The notes under the pieces: model-generated
What the model was told of the DNA's origin: nothing
Databases searched by the model: none
The model's input: only the letters and a program-made list of their open reading frames with translations
Shown here: positions 36,301 to 61,543 of the stretch, in pieces
Numbering within the stretch: the stretch's first letter is position 1
How the letters are laid out: the number at the start of each line of letters is the position of its first letter
Assembly (NCBI GenBank): GCA_964035545.1
Contig: OZ037769.1
Coordinates: 11,314,633-11,378,632 of the forward strand
DNA from: Bugula neritina
Lineage: Eukaryota > Animalia > Bryozoa
Length of the DNA stretch: 64,000 bases
Reading direction: 5' to 3'
Position numbers and translations under genes: made by a program

Positions 36301-37588
36301 CGGTCGTCCGTGGCAGGTGGTTGCTGTCGATCTGGTAGGCCCCATGCCCACTACAGCGAGAGGTAATAACTGGATACTGGTATTAACTGACCATTTCACG
36401 CGGTGGGCTGATGCACTGGCTATTCCAGATGCGTCGGCCCCCTCGGTGGCCAGAGCTCTGGATCAACAGGTGTTCTGCTATTTCGGCTTGCCGGAGCAGA
36501 TACACTCTGACCAGGGCGCCCAGTTTCAGTCGCAACTTATGAGCGATCTCTGTAGAATGTGGGGGGTAAACCAGAGTCGGACGACCCCGTATCACCCGCA
36601 AGGGAACGGGGTCGTGGAGCGGAACAACCGAATGCTAGGGGACTCTCTGAGAAGCCTGCTTATCGGTAGGAGCCAGGAAGAGTGGGACTTGGTGTTGCCG
36701 CAGATCATGCGAGCGTACCGTAGTACCCCTCACTCCAGTACACTGGAGACACCTAATTTTCTCATGCTGGGGAGAGAAACAAGGGTTCCTGAGCACGTAA
36801 CCTATCATGTTCCGAATCCAGAAAGCAATGTCCACGACTACGTGGACAAGCTCGTAAAACGCATGGGGACGGCTCACGAGGTGCTACGTGAGCAGCAGTG
36901 GCAGGTCAGGAGTGGTGATTCTGACGACCCACCTTTATACAAGGTGGGGGACTGGGTCTGGATGACCAGTCATCGCCGCAGGCGCGGACAGGCAGCCAAG
37001 TTGCAGCCGAAGTTCGTAGGTCCCTACTGCGTAATTGAGGTAATGCCAAATCATACATACAAAGTGGAACGGTCTGGACAAGTGTCGGTCCAGAACGAGG
37101 CACGGCTAAAACCTCACTGGGCAAGTCCTGATGCGGCAGGTCAAGCACCTCCTCTCTTAGAGCCAGCTAGGCGCCCTCCTATGAGGGGGCGACCCATGGC
37201 ATATCGAGAGATTGAGGAGATACTGCCAGATCAGGACGGGGCGGCTGATGCGCCAGCCGACCAGCCCCAACCTCCTCCACCCCAGGAAGAGGAGGTCGAC
37301 ACACCTGAAGACCTGTCGGAGCCGGCCCCACCACCTGTGGAGCCGGTCGACAGGCCCATCGTTCCGGATGAGATGGAAATTCCTCAGGATACTGAGGGAG
37401 AGGCAGCTGGGGGAGGGCCACCCGTACTGGTGGACCCCCCCGTACTGGCGACACCACCCGTGGTGGAAGAGTCGCCAGTCGCAGCAAACTCCCCGGTACC
37501 GTTGGACCGTAGCCAACGTACCAGGGCGCCACCATCTTATTTAAAAGACTTCTTGTGTGACTTGGTCGACATGCACAGTATTCTGTAG
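33330..37588 (+). pseudogene. pol: Pol of element 2 (PR, RT, RNase H, integrase), broken by a frameshifting deletion near 34452
   Basis: The PR frame (LLDTGCT) stops at 34463. A different frame carries RT (WSSPVVLV, FCVDYR, LPFGL, YLDD), RH (DTDAS, RELLA, TDH, NADGLSR), IN (HHCC, VDLVGP, SDQG, VERNN) and a GPY/F motif (KFVGPY). Confidence 0.88.
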
Positions 37589-37828
37589 CATGGCGACATT
37601 CACAAAGGAGTCTGGGGGAGCGAGGTAATTGATAGCAGGCGACCCAGTGGCGGATTGAATAGGTCAGCCGGGGGTCAGCAGAGCGTAGCCAAATCACAGC
37701 GTATAGGGTGTTACATAAGCACTCTAGCTGTGAGCGCTCTTTTCAATTACAGCTAGCAAACAGGCAGCACGTCTTTTGCAATAAATAATTTGGCTATCTA
37801 CGAGCCCTAAGAAAGCAGCAGCATCATT

Positions 37829-39025
37829 ATGTCTAATGCAGCAACTGTTTTGGGGGGTAAGTCTACTAGGAATTCTATAATAATTAATTAGAATTTATTC
37901 TGGTAGCGACAGCAGTCTCACTTTGTCATAATGATAAAGTTGAAACTCCTGACAGCGAATGATATTGATAATTAGAGTGGGACAGTCGACTCAGCTGATT
38001 ACACGATCAGTGAGTGACAGTGAGACTCGATTATTTAATATTGTTTGGAACGGGAGTCCCACGCATAGAGTGTAATTAAATTTAAATACTCTATTGCAGG
38101 TGAGACTGAGCCTGTATCCGACGAGATACAGGCATTACTTGACACGCCTACGACTAACTGGGACAGCATGTCAGAAGCAGGGGTAGACATGCTGTCCGAC
38201 ATACATTTAGCAACATTTACGGACTCCCCGACACACACTGCGATGCAAATTGATACCAACGACTTGACTGATGACTTGACTGTAGCCAAGGACACTACTC
38301 TAGCACTACTAAGAGCCTTACTGGGACGGACTAACTGGACGACTCGACGGACTCGAACATTGATAGAAGCAATAGTAGGGACGGACGACAATAGACAATG
38401 CACTGAATGTAGAAGAATACTATCGACTACTAGGAGACTGAGAATACACGTTCCACAACACTTTACTGTGACTTTCTGTCCCTGCGGAGTGCACCACTTC
38501 TGCAGGGACACGATACTGAGACACCAACGAACTAGAGACTGTTACGTAGGGCACTTGTATGAAGTCGACGCAGACTCTTACACGGAGTTCCGGGACCTAA
38601 TACTACCCCACGTGACTGACCCGGACCGACGACAGACTCTCCTGGACCACTTCCCCGCTACCCGACCTACAGTAGAGAGTGACTCTGATGCAGACCCCCA
38701 ACCCTCCGAAACAACGACTACCTACCCTCCAGACGTAACCACCCAACCTCTACGCGTCGTAGTAACCCGTGCTGGACGCGCTGTGACGAAGGACTCACAA
38801 CCCCCAACGACGACAATCTCCTATGTACCCCGACACACCCATAAGAAGAAGAGGGGTGCTAGCAACACACCCCGAGATGACAGCGACCCTGACCAATCCC
38901 TACTAGCCGACATTAGGAAAGTGCAACGGCGTATGGCTCGCCTCAGTAAAGAACAGAAGCGAGCAACCACCGAGCTGGCTAAGTTGCAGACCCGACTAAA
39001 GAAACGGCTGGCGAAGAAGTGCTAG
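37829..39025 (+). CDS. ORF3 of element 2: spliced tandem zinc-finger/coiled-coil protein (~317 aa)
   Basis: Exon 1 at 37829-37856 (MSNAATVLG, donor G|GTAAGT), intron 37857-38099 (..TACTCTATTGCAG), exon 2 at 38100-39025 in frame. C-x2-C-x12-H-x3-H plus C-x-C-x12-H-x5-C, KKKR, and a C-terminal coiled coil. Confidence 0.82.
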
Positions 39026-39270
39026 AGGTGCGGCCACCTACACATGTACCCCCCCCCCTTCCTGGCTAGTCAAGCAGTGTAAATAAGTGTTATGGACTAC
39101 GGCGTGAAGACTCATTTATTATACTTATGTTATCTACTCTGTATATATATTTTCTCTTGTTCAATTGTACCCTCAGTTTTGTAAAGCACTATGTTACCCT
39201 CATTATTATTCGTGTGTTACTGTCATGTAAATATTAAGTCTAGAGAGTACTTTTCGATAGGTGAGGAGAG

Positions 39271-39681
39271 TGTGATAGATTTTAGTAGTGCAATTCCTAT
39301 TAGATTAATCGAAAAGGTTTACTCTATACTGTTTTATGTATCTTGTGAGTTCGACACTGTCGGAGTGTAACTATGGACAGTAGTGGCACCATTAGTAGCC
39401 ACCAATCAGGACAGTGACACTAATTGATAGCAGGTGGAGCTAGCTACTCGTAGTTGCAGTGCGCTGAGTAGCTAGCCGGCAGAGCAGCTTGGGACTTCAT
39501 TTAGAACAGTTGTGTATTAAAGCTCACTAATTATGTAACCGTTTTCTATTCATGCTAGCAGTAAATAACCTTCTTGTATTTGTGTAAATAATAAAAGTAT
39601 CTTATCATAAACAACCTGTCGCAGTGGCTTTGATTAAGTAGACCCACAAATAATAATAGTGAACTGGCAAAATTCACTACA
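39271..39681 (+). repeat. 3' LTR of element 2
   Basis: Direct repeat of 32019-32429, preceded by the PPT. Confidence 0.96.
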
Positions 39682-42571
39682 GTATCACACCACCTATGCA
39701 TGTGCTATAGGTATTAAAACTATGCTATACCTCAACACAGATCGAGACAGCAATATAAGAATCTTCTTAACTATATTGCTGTAATGTTATAGTTTGAGGT
39801 AGGTGAAAAATCGCAGTTTATTGAACAGTTATAGTCTTAGTAGAGCTTTTATGATGAGGAGTTGTCTTACTACAAAATAAAAAAGGTCATGTTTACAACC
39901 TAAACATCAAATTAAAAAAATGCTAAGAAAAAAATCTGCATTTCTATATTTGACAGTGCTACTAACAGTGTTGCTAGTTTCTGCAGGGGATAGTGATGCT
40001 GGTGTTAAAAACTTGAGTTGTCTTCTCTGTCAACATGTACAGGTAAACAAATCGTGTCAAGCCGAAAAAGTTATCAATAAGTTTGCACTCATACATTTTT
40101 TCAATTGAACTCGGACTAAAGCTTTTGGCCACTGCTGAGTGGACCGTTGAAATATCTTCAAAATCGGGTTCTAATTCAGTAAAATGTATTGAATTTGATA
40201 ACATTCCAGTGTGTTGAGTTATGACCCAATGATTATGGGACCAAATACTTCTTGGAATCTTATGAGTAGTTTTTACTCTTGAACTTTCATCATCATTCAC
40301 TAAAATTTTATTATAGTTTTACTTATACTCTCATACTCAATCTCAATCTGAATCTTAGACTTATATTTATAACTTATTATTTTATTACTATTAGTATTAG
40401 TATTAGTATTACTATTAGTATTTGTATTACTATTAGTTATTACTTATAGTCACACTTACACTATGACTAATAGTAATAGTAATACAGTTACAGACTGGTA
40501 CTAGTACTAGTAGTACTAATAACATTACTATTATTAGTACTAGTAGTATTACTTTAGGTTTACTATAGTATTGCTATTAGTATTAGTATTGCTATTGCAT
40601 TTACTACTACTACTAGTATTACTATTACTAAACCTAATAAATTATCAGTGATAGTGATACTAATAACATTAAGTTTAACTAAATTAAAATCAAAAATTAG
40701 CATCAAATTCAAAATGAATATCAATAGTAGCAATAGAGTAAATATAATAAACAAAGTACAATTTGAATTTGAATTATTATAGTTATGTATACTCATACTG
40801 ATACAGCATGATGTAAAATATGATGTAAAGAAATCCTAAGCCTGAGAATAAAAACTGCACTGTCTGAGGGTAAGGTAACTCACAGAGCTTTTTCCTTGCT
40901 AAAATAAACTCACCCCTCTGCTCAGTAGCATTGTTTGTTGTGGAACACATGGCTACTGAAGCTCTCTTACTGCATAACCAGCCAACACCATTCTAAGATC
41001 TAGCCAGGGGTGGTTTTTTTGTTATACTCAACTCAAACGATGTTGTTAATAACACAAAGAACTTTTGATTAAATCAGTTTCAGTCTCTAAAATTTCTGGG
41101 GCATTTCATGTCTTGCTCAACATGAACCTGTGATTTATTTACAGTGCCTACTACAGCAGTTAAGAGTCTCGATTTATGCTCTACAAAATATTAGCATGAC
41201 ATGTCAAAGTTTCAGGGTAGTTTTCAGGGATCTAGCTGTTGCCTATGATGTAGTTTTGTTTTGTTGAATTTATTTTATGCTGCTACACATGATCCTGAAA
41301 TATTATTTAGTTACATTTCTTATGGAACGACTCGCTGTGAACAGTTCAGGTTTAATACCGGTCATTTATCTGTCCACTCTTTTCAGTGTGTTCATCAACA
41401 GAACTTCACAGACATCATAGCAGCATGGGCAAATTGCCAATCTTTTCCATAATTACTGCAGTCATACATCACCTATTATAGTAGTAATAATAATGATTGA
41501 GGTTACTACTATCAATATAGAAAATCAATTTTATCATCAATAAAAATTAATGATCATTAATACAAAATATCTGTAAAGCCTGCTTCGTATTTAACCTAAC
41601 CATCACGATTGATATACGTGTCTTGTATCACTTTTAGTTTTAGTGTTATTCTTACATTTGTTCTAAATCATAAGCAATTACATCAGTAATGTGGCACATA
41701 TCTAAACATAAAGAAAAATTGTAGAACTCTCAGTCTTGTTGTAAATACAAAATGTAGTCAAACGTGGTCCTATTAATATTATTCTCACATATTATAGAAA
41801 AAATAGTAAAATAATGGCTATATAAATAGCACTCCAATATACAATTATTGATGCAAGTTGCCCAGTTAGTAGTTTTGGAGAAAGAATATGCTATTTTTAG
41901 TAGCTCAAATATATGTTTATCAGAGAATGAGTCAAGCTGTGAATAGCTAAATTGCATGTTCAGTGCCAAAAGTAATCAATGATAACGCTAGGTAATTATA
42001 CAGCAGCTGTTTTAATAATTTATTACATGTCCCTAAATCAATATAATCAGAAAAGTTGCTAGCGAATCAATTTTTTTATCACAGGTCCAGCTGTACTCAT
42101 TTTAATCATGCTGTGTGAAGCATACATGCATACACATGCGTTTTTGTGTAAGACTTTAGTGGTGCACCTTTGAAATTGAATAAGTATTCTCATTCTGCTA
42201 AACTGAAGATTGATTTCAGTTTAATTTTAGGTTGCTAGAATAATAAATATAATTTGTTATTGATTGTCAGTCCGATAACCATAGGAATCTCGATGCTAAT
42301 ATTTAGTTTCAAAATAAATTTACCAAATATAATTATTTTATTCTACAAGTTTAACTAAGCTTCTGTGAAAAATATTTCCATTGCTTCTCAACTGATTTAA
42401 TGATGTGAGTAAGTCATATGATGAATTCTTTAGCCTATTGTAATGGTAAATTTTATATCTAAATTCTGTTTATTGACTTTTGATAGGCATCACAAATAAT
42501 TCCTTTCAAAGTCCAAGACTCAGGGGTGATAAGACAGCGGGTCTCTGGCATCATAAACAACTGCAAATAAA

Positions 42572-54117
<11,546 letters not shown>

Positions 54118-55060
54118 TAGCACTACCCACCCTCATCAGCTTCTACATTGTAAATTTATTGAAACATGTTAATAACTTTCCACCACCTGAAGTAGACTAG
54201 ATTAAATGCTATCCTTAAACAATATCCGTCCATTTATATTTGTTAATGATGCCAGTTCAAACTATTTATCCCAATAATAAAACATCTGAGTGGTTACTGC
54301 TTGGTTACTTTTGCAACTTTGAAAGGCCATTTGCCTGTTTATATAGTACTGGTAATTTACGCACTTTAGACTTTCATGCATTGGCTACACAATGCTTATA
54401 GCTTTTCTCAACAACACAACCCCAGTGAGTTAGTATTAGAATGACCATAAATATTAGTGCAAATCAAAATACATATAATTAGGAAAAATATTTTAATCCT
54501 AGCAATTCTACACTAACAATTTTAATAACATTGATCTTGGTTGACGTTAAACCTAAAAAAATGTATGCTATCCCATAAAAACTAGAGCTCATGCCTGCAC
54601 ACCTGGCTATGGAAAAAAACAATAGAACCATGACCTAGAATATAATGCAGCACTATTACTTGACATGGTGGAAACAATACACTTGCTAGAAGTTTCACAA
54701 CTACGTACTTACAAACACAATATTTAACTTATGTAACAATAATTCACATCTTTAGCATACCAGTTATAAGAAGCAAATTAAGTATTGAAAACAGGAGTAG
54801 AGAGAGTGCACTGTAACCAAGGATCTCTAAAGTGAATAGTGGTCAGACTCAAATGCAACAGTTCTATTTGCCAATACTATCATAACGTGTTGCAATGTGC
54901 ATTAATTACGTTCCAGTGTAGTTGAAGAAAAGTGAAGAGTATATTATATATATATATTCTATAGACAGGTCAGCATGTTGAAGTCGGAATAGCAAAGTTA
55001 GCTGACTTTCCTGCAGCTAGCATGGGTATAAACGAAATGTTCCCTAAAGGTTTTATCTGT

Positions 55061-58000
55061 CTATGATGCCTCTGTACCACCCTCCAGATCCTGTACTTCA
55101 CCTTCGCCATTGCCATCTGAAAACAATGTTACATACTCATTATTACTGTGTTATTTATCTCTCATTGATACATCATCTACCTATCTCTCTCTCTACAGAT
55201 GTAGCACCTAGCAAACTAGCTTAGCATTGACAACTATTTACAAGAGTTGGCTAAATTGCACAGTAAACAGTTACAACTTTATTGTTTTGGAGCCAACACT
55301 CCTGCATGATGGATGGCTCATAAATTCCATTTGATAAGGCTCACAGCTCGTAGAACAGTTGGAAAGCAAACATTTTGACTTAGTTGAGGCGATCAACAAC
55401 ACCAACAGCTGACATCGAACTTTCAGCAATTACTCTAATGAGAATGAGTCACTAGAGTACCAACATTGTCTAGCTAATAGTCCATTATATCACTTAAGGT
55501 GGGTGTAAGTTGCTATGGGCAGTTACTAGTCTACTACTAATAGTTAGAGCATGACGTCAGGGATAGGAAACTGTGGAAAGCTACATATCGTTATTACGAA
55601 CATCTAAGCCACAACTGGACACTTCGGTTATCAAATAGCTGAATAGATAAATGGTAATTCAAATTGGTTGCACACTGAGGGCAACAGCAGACGATGAACT
55701 ATAAGTATTTTCATTCCAATTTTGATGCAAACTCATGCAACTGATAAATCACATGGAATATATCAATGAAAGCTTTGTGTTTCTTGGCCAAGTTCTTTCC
55801 TCAAGTACATTGGCTAACTCAGTTGCTTGTAAGTTACTGAAAACACTCTTTAGCAATGCCTTAATGGAATTTTTCTGCAAAAATAGGATTATAATGACCA
55901 TCAAAGTCGTGCGGGTAATCCCTTGTGACCAACAGCCGGCATTACCAGGTAACCGCGAAATGTTTAGAGGCAATATAATTGCCAAACAAGCCAACAATTA
56001 GCTAGTAATATATCTACTTAAGATACAATAGCTATGAAATCAACCATATCTCCAGAGCTGCATAGCTGAGGTAAATAATTAGGCTTCAACTAATCAAATA
56101 GCCATTATGTTTCTAGTGAATCAAGTCACTTCCTGGAGGCCTTCACTTCTGCCAGAGCGCTGCGAGTAGTAGTCTACCACGCGAATGTCGCAGCACAGCA
56201 CTTTATTTAGGGTTAACTCGCTACAGTTGCTATGATATGGGGGTCAGTCAAGCTGACTTCTAATGGTACACCGTAATCTCCTAAACTGTTCTGGGTGGTG
56301 AATTAAATTCATTTTCTTACCATTATTTGTGAGAGCAACTGTGAAATCGAAAAAAAAAACACTTTGCATTAAATAACTACCTTGCAAGAGCTTCTAAGCT
56401 CATGCGCCATTTTGTCAAGAGGGCAAAAATGAAACCATTGCAAAAAATTTGCTGCCATCTTGCAAAGAGCTCTAACTATAAATTAAACTGACCAGTACAA
56501 TGCATTTGACCATTTTCATTATTTTAAAACAACATTGCACTGCTACATTAACCACTTGGTACGTACAGCTATATTTTATAAACAAAAAGCTTGATAAGGT
56601 TAATGGAAATTTCAAGAGTATGTCCCAGATTACAACCATGAAAGTTTTTTTAAATTCAAACTTGGAGGTGTATGTTAATTTCAACATAATTTTTTTTTAA
56701 ATTCAAATTGGAGGTGTATGTTAATTTCAACATAATTTTTTTTTTAAATACGTATGTTGTTAATGCAATTTATAATATTATGCAGAGAAGTATATTTTCC
56801 AGCTACCCAAATTGAAGACAATCCTATTCCAGTTGACTGACTCCTAGAATGTAGGTAATGCTACGATGATTACGAAATTATTCAAGTGATATAACATGCT
56901 AACTCTATAGGACCTCGAAGGTTCAATAGTAAAGCTTTGTTCACATCTTCTGGTTGCCTAAGCAAGTTTACTAATGTATTGGCACTTTACAATAACAGGA
57001 TGCTTTACTCTGCATAGAAATTTGTTAATTGAGAGTTTTGCCCAATCTTTGCAACTTGGAGTAAATACTGCACCATTTATTTCACAGTTATCTCCTCCTG
57101 TCACACAGCACACTCTAGCAGTCTAGCTGCAGCTCAAGCAGAGATACATTACTACTTGAGTGGCTTCTTCAATAACAGTTTTAACTCACTTTTTTACATC
57201 AAAATTAAATAAGTGTATCATTTTTTCCAAGATAGACTAGGTGTGCTTAGCTTCTATTTTCAACCCAACAAAGATATTCCCACTATTTTTGCTGAATATG
57301 AAAACTTGTGAATATGCTTTACCAGGCATTGGAGGGTATTAGTGCAAGACCCTTGAAGTTATTCTCCTAAAGTATTATTATGGGTTATTTCTAGAGTCAG
57401 CTGTATTATATAATCTAGCAGATGCCTACCCTCTCCCTGCATGTCGGATGTCCACAAGGTGAGGTTATCTCTTAGCAGTTGCATGATGAGGGTGGAGTCC
57501 TTGTAGCTCTCTTCATTCAGTGTGTCCAGCTCAGCAATAGCATCGTCAAATGCAGCCTTGGCTAGCGAGCAGGCTCTGAAACACGGTCAACACGAGATGA
57601 TAACAGACAAAGCCTAGTCTTTCCTGCAGGGGGGGGGGACAAACCCTTCTTAGAAAACACTGAGGACAATGAGCTTTCAGCAACTTCACTATTCAGCCTT
57701 CCTTTTACCAAGTCAACCTGGTTAGTCAGTTGGGACTGCAAGGGTTCAGACCCCATCATCAACATGTTATTTTCTTCTGAATAAATAACATGACTCTAAC
57801 AAAAAAACTTCATCAATTGTTAAAGCAACTCTAGTTAAGGCAAACAACTATAGTTTGCCTTGAAAAAATTGATATAATGTGAATGTTATATGGGCCATTT
57901 TACTTAATTCAGTACACACTGAAAATCTCCAGTTTTAGCTACTTTTTACAATTTAGCTGCTAATGAACATGGGTTTTCAACTAAAACTAGGAAAATGTCA

Positions 58001-61000
58001 ATGAATAAACTTAAATAATCAAAGTTCTTTTTAATTTTGCTTGATTTCCCATGTTTTTTCATAACTATTCAGCTACTTTAAATTGCTGACAGTTATTGTT
58101 TTTTTTACTAAACGTCCGCAATCCAAATTAGCTAAATAAATAGAAAAAAAACCATGGGAAATCAAGCAAAATTAAGACGACCCGGTAATCAGGTAATCGC
58201 GGCTACAAGAATAACCAACCTTTCGGGAGCGTTGAGAATCTCGTAGTAGAAGACAGAGAAGTTGAGCGCCAGACCGAGTCTGATGGGGTGTGTAGTGGGC
58301 AGACTGCTGGCGTTTTCGTTGGCTTTGTTGTAGGCCAGCAGACTCTCCTCGGCAGCAGCCTTTCTCTCATTGGCTGTTGTAAATTCTGCAAGGTATCGAT
58401 GGTAATCTCCCTGCCTGCAGACACAACACATTTTGACAGCAGTTAGAACTGGCAGCACCCATGGTTAGCTAGAGGCAGCATCTATGGTTAGCCAGGAGCA
58501 TAAAGCTGCCAACATTAGCGGGCCGACTTTGAATCATGACACACACAGTCCAATAACATTCCGCACTAATAATTAAAAACTCGGCTAAGCAGAGAAATGC
58601 AAAAGCAGCGAAGGCTAGCAAAAGTTCACAAGTTTTTCATGTCATAGTCTGCGGTCAGCTCTATAAACCAATATCCTAGTTGCTATGGCATTCCTAGTGA
58701 CCGTCTGATTCTGATACAGCATGCTTGTGGTTCAACAGTGGTAGAGTAGAATGCAGGCTGAATCTCGGTGTTCAGTAGAGTTACTATACAGCCCTGACTA
58801 TCTAGTTAGCTCTACAGCATTATCAGCTACTGCAATAGGCACATGAGTAGTGAAGACCAAATAAAATACATCTAGATTCTAGAGCAATTTTTGTGTTTTG
58901 GGGCGTGTCTTTAAATCCAGGCAGGTTCACCCAAGTGTGTTTGGTGCTTTATCTGTTTTAACAAGAAGTAAATACAGAAGGTTAAAAAATACAGCCCATC
59001 AATCCAAGTATACATGTTGAAAGGTTTTTAGAGTTTTTCAATTCATATTCAGAGTACCACAACCCTCTAACCATTTTCAGGGGTTAAATTGTCAGCTGCA
59101 ACATATAACTGTAAGGGTAAGCTGTGTGATCCATTTCCATATATAAATGATATATATAGTACAACAAGATACTAACTAGCATATGAAGAGTGTGTGTGTG
59201 CATAGCGTCTATATATAGTATAATCAATGGTGCAAGTCAGGGATCTATCTACTGTATTAATCAATACAACTCTGCTAATGGATAAAAGCGGTAAATGCAC
59301 TTTCTTGGCCGGCCAATGATGATGCCTGTGCTATTCACGGGCAGCCGCGTGCAGACAGTTGGCTAACTAATAACATCAATACAAGCACTACAACTGCTAA
59401 GTAGCATTTCTAAACACCTTAAGAATGCACAAATCAGCATCAACTGCTACTTTCAAGAGTAGAATTTACAGGCAGGTTTTCAACCTGTGTCAACAAGACC
59501 ACATTCACACTATCACACCAGGGCCTAGACTATACTCAGCCATAATCTATACTCACATTTTATGGTAAAATACTTTGGATTCATCTGCCTCAGATGATGG
59601 CAGTAGATTTTTCTCTATTATTTCCAGTATATCTCTACAAATATCTTTCAATTCTTTCTCTATCTAAAACAAAGAGAAGTAAAACTAAAGTATGCCACTG
59701 ATTGAAGATTAGCTAAAGTTAAGTGACAATTTCCTTATAGAACTATTACATCTGTAGTCCCCTCCCAGCAACATCAGGGTCCTTCAGTAAACACAGTGAG
59801 CCACACTAAGTGAGATAGCGCAGTTGTGTAAATCCGACTCAAGATAAAAAAGATAAAATAACTGTAGGTTCCAGAGTGGGTGTCTATATCCCTACTTAAG
59901 GGCTAGAACAAGAAGCCTATGTAAATGTCTAGGTTTAAGAGGATCGTAAGTGATGAAAGTTATAAAACTTCAATGTAGATAGTGCCTAAGCTGTATAATA
60001 TTGATTGATTAAAATATTCTGAGAGCTGTTAGTAAAGTGAGAACTCAGAAAGGCAGTGTAACATGCTGATGCATTTTACTGGAACTGCTACTGCTACAAG
60101 TTACAACCGATACTTACCAACAACCTGTATTCTTTCACTTGCACAAGTTTTTCAGCTGGAGCCTCTTTAGATTCCTCTTTTTGCTCAATACTGCTGACAA
60201 TTCGCCATGAAGCACGGCGAGCACCAATTACATTTTTGTAGGCAACAGACAGAAGGTTTCGCTCTTCTACACTTAATTCAACATCTTCCTTAGCCACCTT
60301 CTTCATGCTACTAACCATTTCTACAGAGCAGTGCACAAGTTACAATGCAGACTCAGGGAATATCAGCTGTCTTTATCAACTAGACTAAAAACTTTTAAGC
60401 GTTTTAGAATGGAAAAAGTTCCAAACTAAATCAAATAAAACTAAAATAATGTGTAAAGCTATCCTAAACTTGTGGCTACTATCAATCATAAATATACTAT
60501 ATTTATTCTTTTATGAACATTTTGATGAATCAAAATCTAAGTTGACCAGTAACTTGAAATTAGAGTTGCATATATTAGAATTAAATAATGAGGTCATGAC
60601 CAGACTTTAATACTAAAATGAAGATGAATAATTTTTGGTCGCCCAGTGTCAATTTAAAATAATAACCCCTGTTGACTAGAGCTTTGCAGTTCAGAGAAGA
60701 AAGGTAAGAATATTCAATCAGGAAGACTAAAACTGATCCGCAAGAAAGACTATCAAATAATAATTATTTTTATTACAACTGATAGTGATTGATACTAAAT
60801 GAAGTGGTTTAGCATCTACTTTTATGACTGCATTGTGATTGAACAGCTTGAGATGAAATAAAACTTGAACTTTGTCATTGATTTCTTTAAACACATAGTT
60901 TTTTAAACTTGAAGCAAAAATTGCTGAGTGTAATTTCTTTGCCATTTGTGTATAATCGGAACCATAGTGAAATAAATTATAAATATTATCTCCTCTTAAT

Positions 61001-61543
61001 CTATATTAAATGTAAATTCAATAAGAATCAGCATTAGCAGAGGCTATAGATCAATTGCATTTGCTACGCCTACTGTAATTTTTAAAGACATTAAATGAAA
61101 ATATATATTTATTCAACTAAATCAGTGAATTACAATGATCATGATTATGATGAGTGTATTCAATTTTATGGTACTATCATTATGATTATCTTTATCAACT
61201 TTAAGATCAACGTCACTTTGAGTTTGCCGTTGCGATCATATTCATAATCATAGTGATAAACTAGTTTCGATAATATTCATTTAACTCAAATTTAAATATA
61301 GAATTATTGTATCATAAGAACTGCAATATATACTAACACATAATAAGTAAAAATGTTTAAATATTATAGCAAAAATGAACATTGCTAAAACCGGAAGCTT
61401 GATTGGCATATCTCCAAGTAGCACAGCAACCAGATCAACAAGGCTTTCCAAAAGAGAAAATGTATAGCCATTGACTAACCATCATAACGTTCAGCTTGCT
61501 CTGCCAACTTGGCCAGGTAGACGTTTTCTTCCCGATTAGACAT
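55061..61543 (-). CDS. YWHAE: 14-3-3 protein epsilon-like, 6 coding exons
   Basis: [101 protein letters not shown], and the tail [12 protein letters not shown]. Confidence 0.95.
56644..56748. repeat. ~48-bp tandem duplication
   Basis: TTTTAAATTCAAA(C)TTGGAGGTGTATGTTAATTTCAACATAAT twice. Confidence 0.85.

Larger units (their letters stand above)
32019..39681 (+). mobile_element. Ty3/Gypsy LTR retrotransposon (element 2: gag, PR-RT-RH-IN, ORF3), 7663 bp
   Basis: 411-bp TG..CA LTRs (32019-32429, 39271-39681), identical by eye. TSD GTAT. PBS at 32431-32448. PPT AGGTGAGGAGAG at 39259-39270. Domain order PR-RT-RH-IN. Confidence 0.97.

Noticed and set aside
33024-38511. Many antisense and alternate-frame ORFs within the retrotransposons
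   Set aside because: Expected in GC-rich coding DNA. The few with counterparts in both elements simply mirror the conserved sense-strand protease region.
38168-39025. ORF3 as env
   Set aside because: No signal peptide or transmembrane helix; zinc-finger motifs and basic segments instead.
55118-57429. Alternative terminal exons of 14-3-3
   Set aside because: The intron is complex, but no in-frame exon with credible splice sites could be supported.
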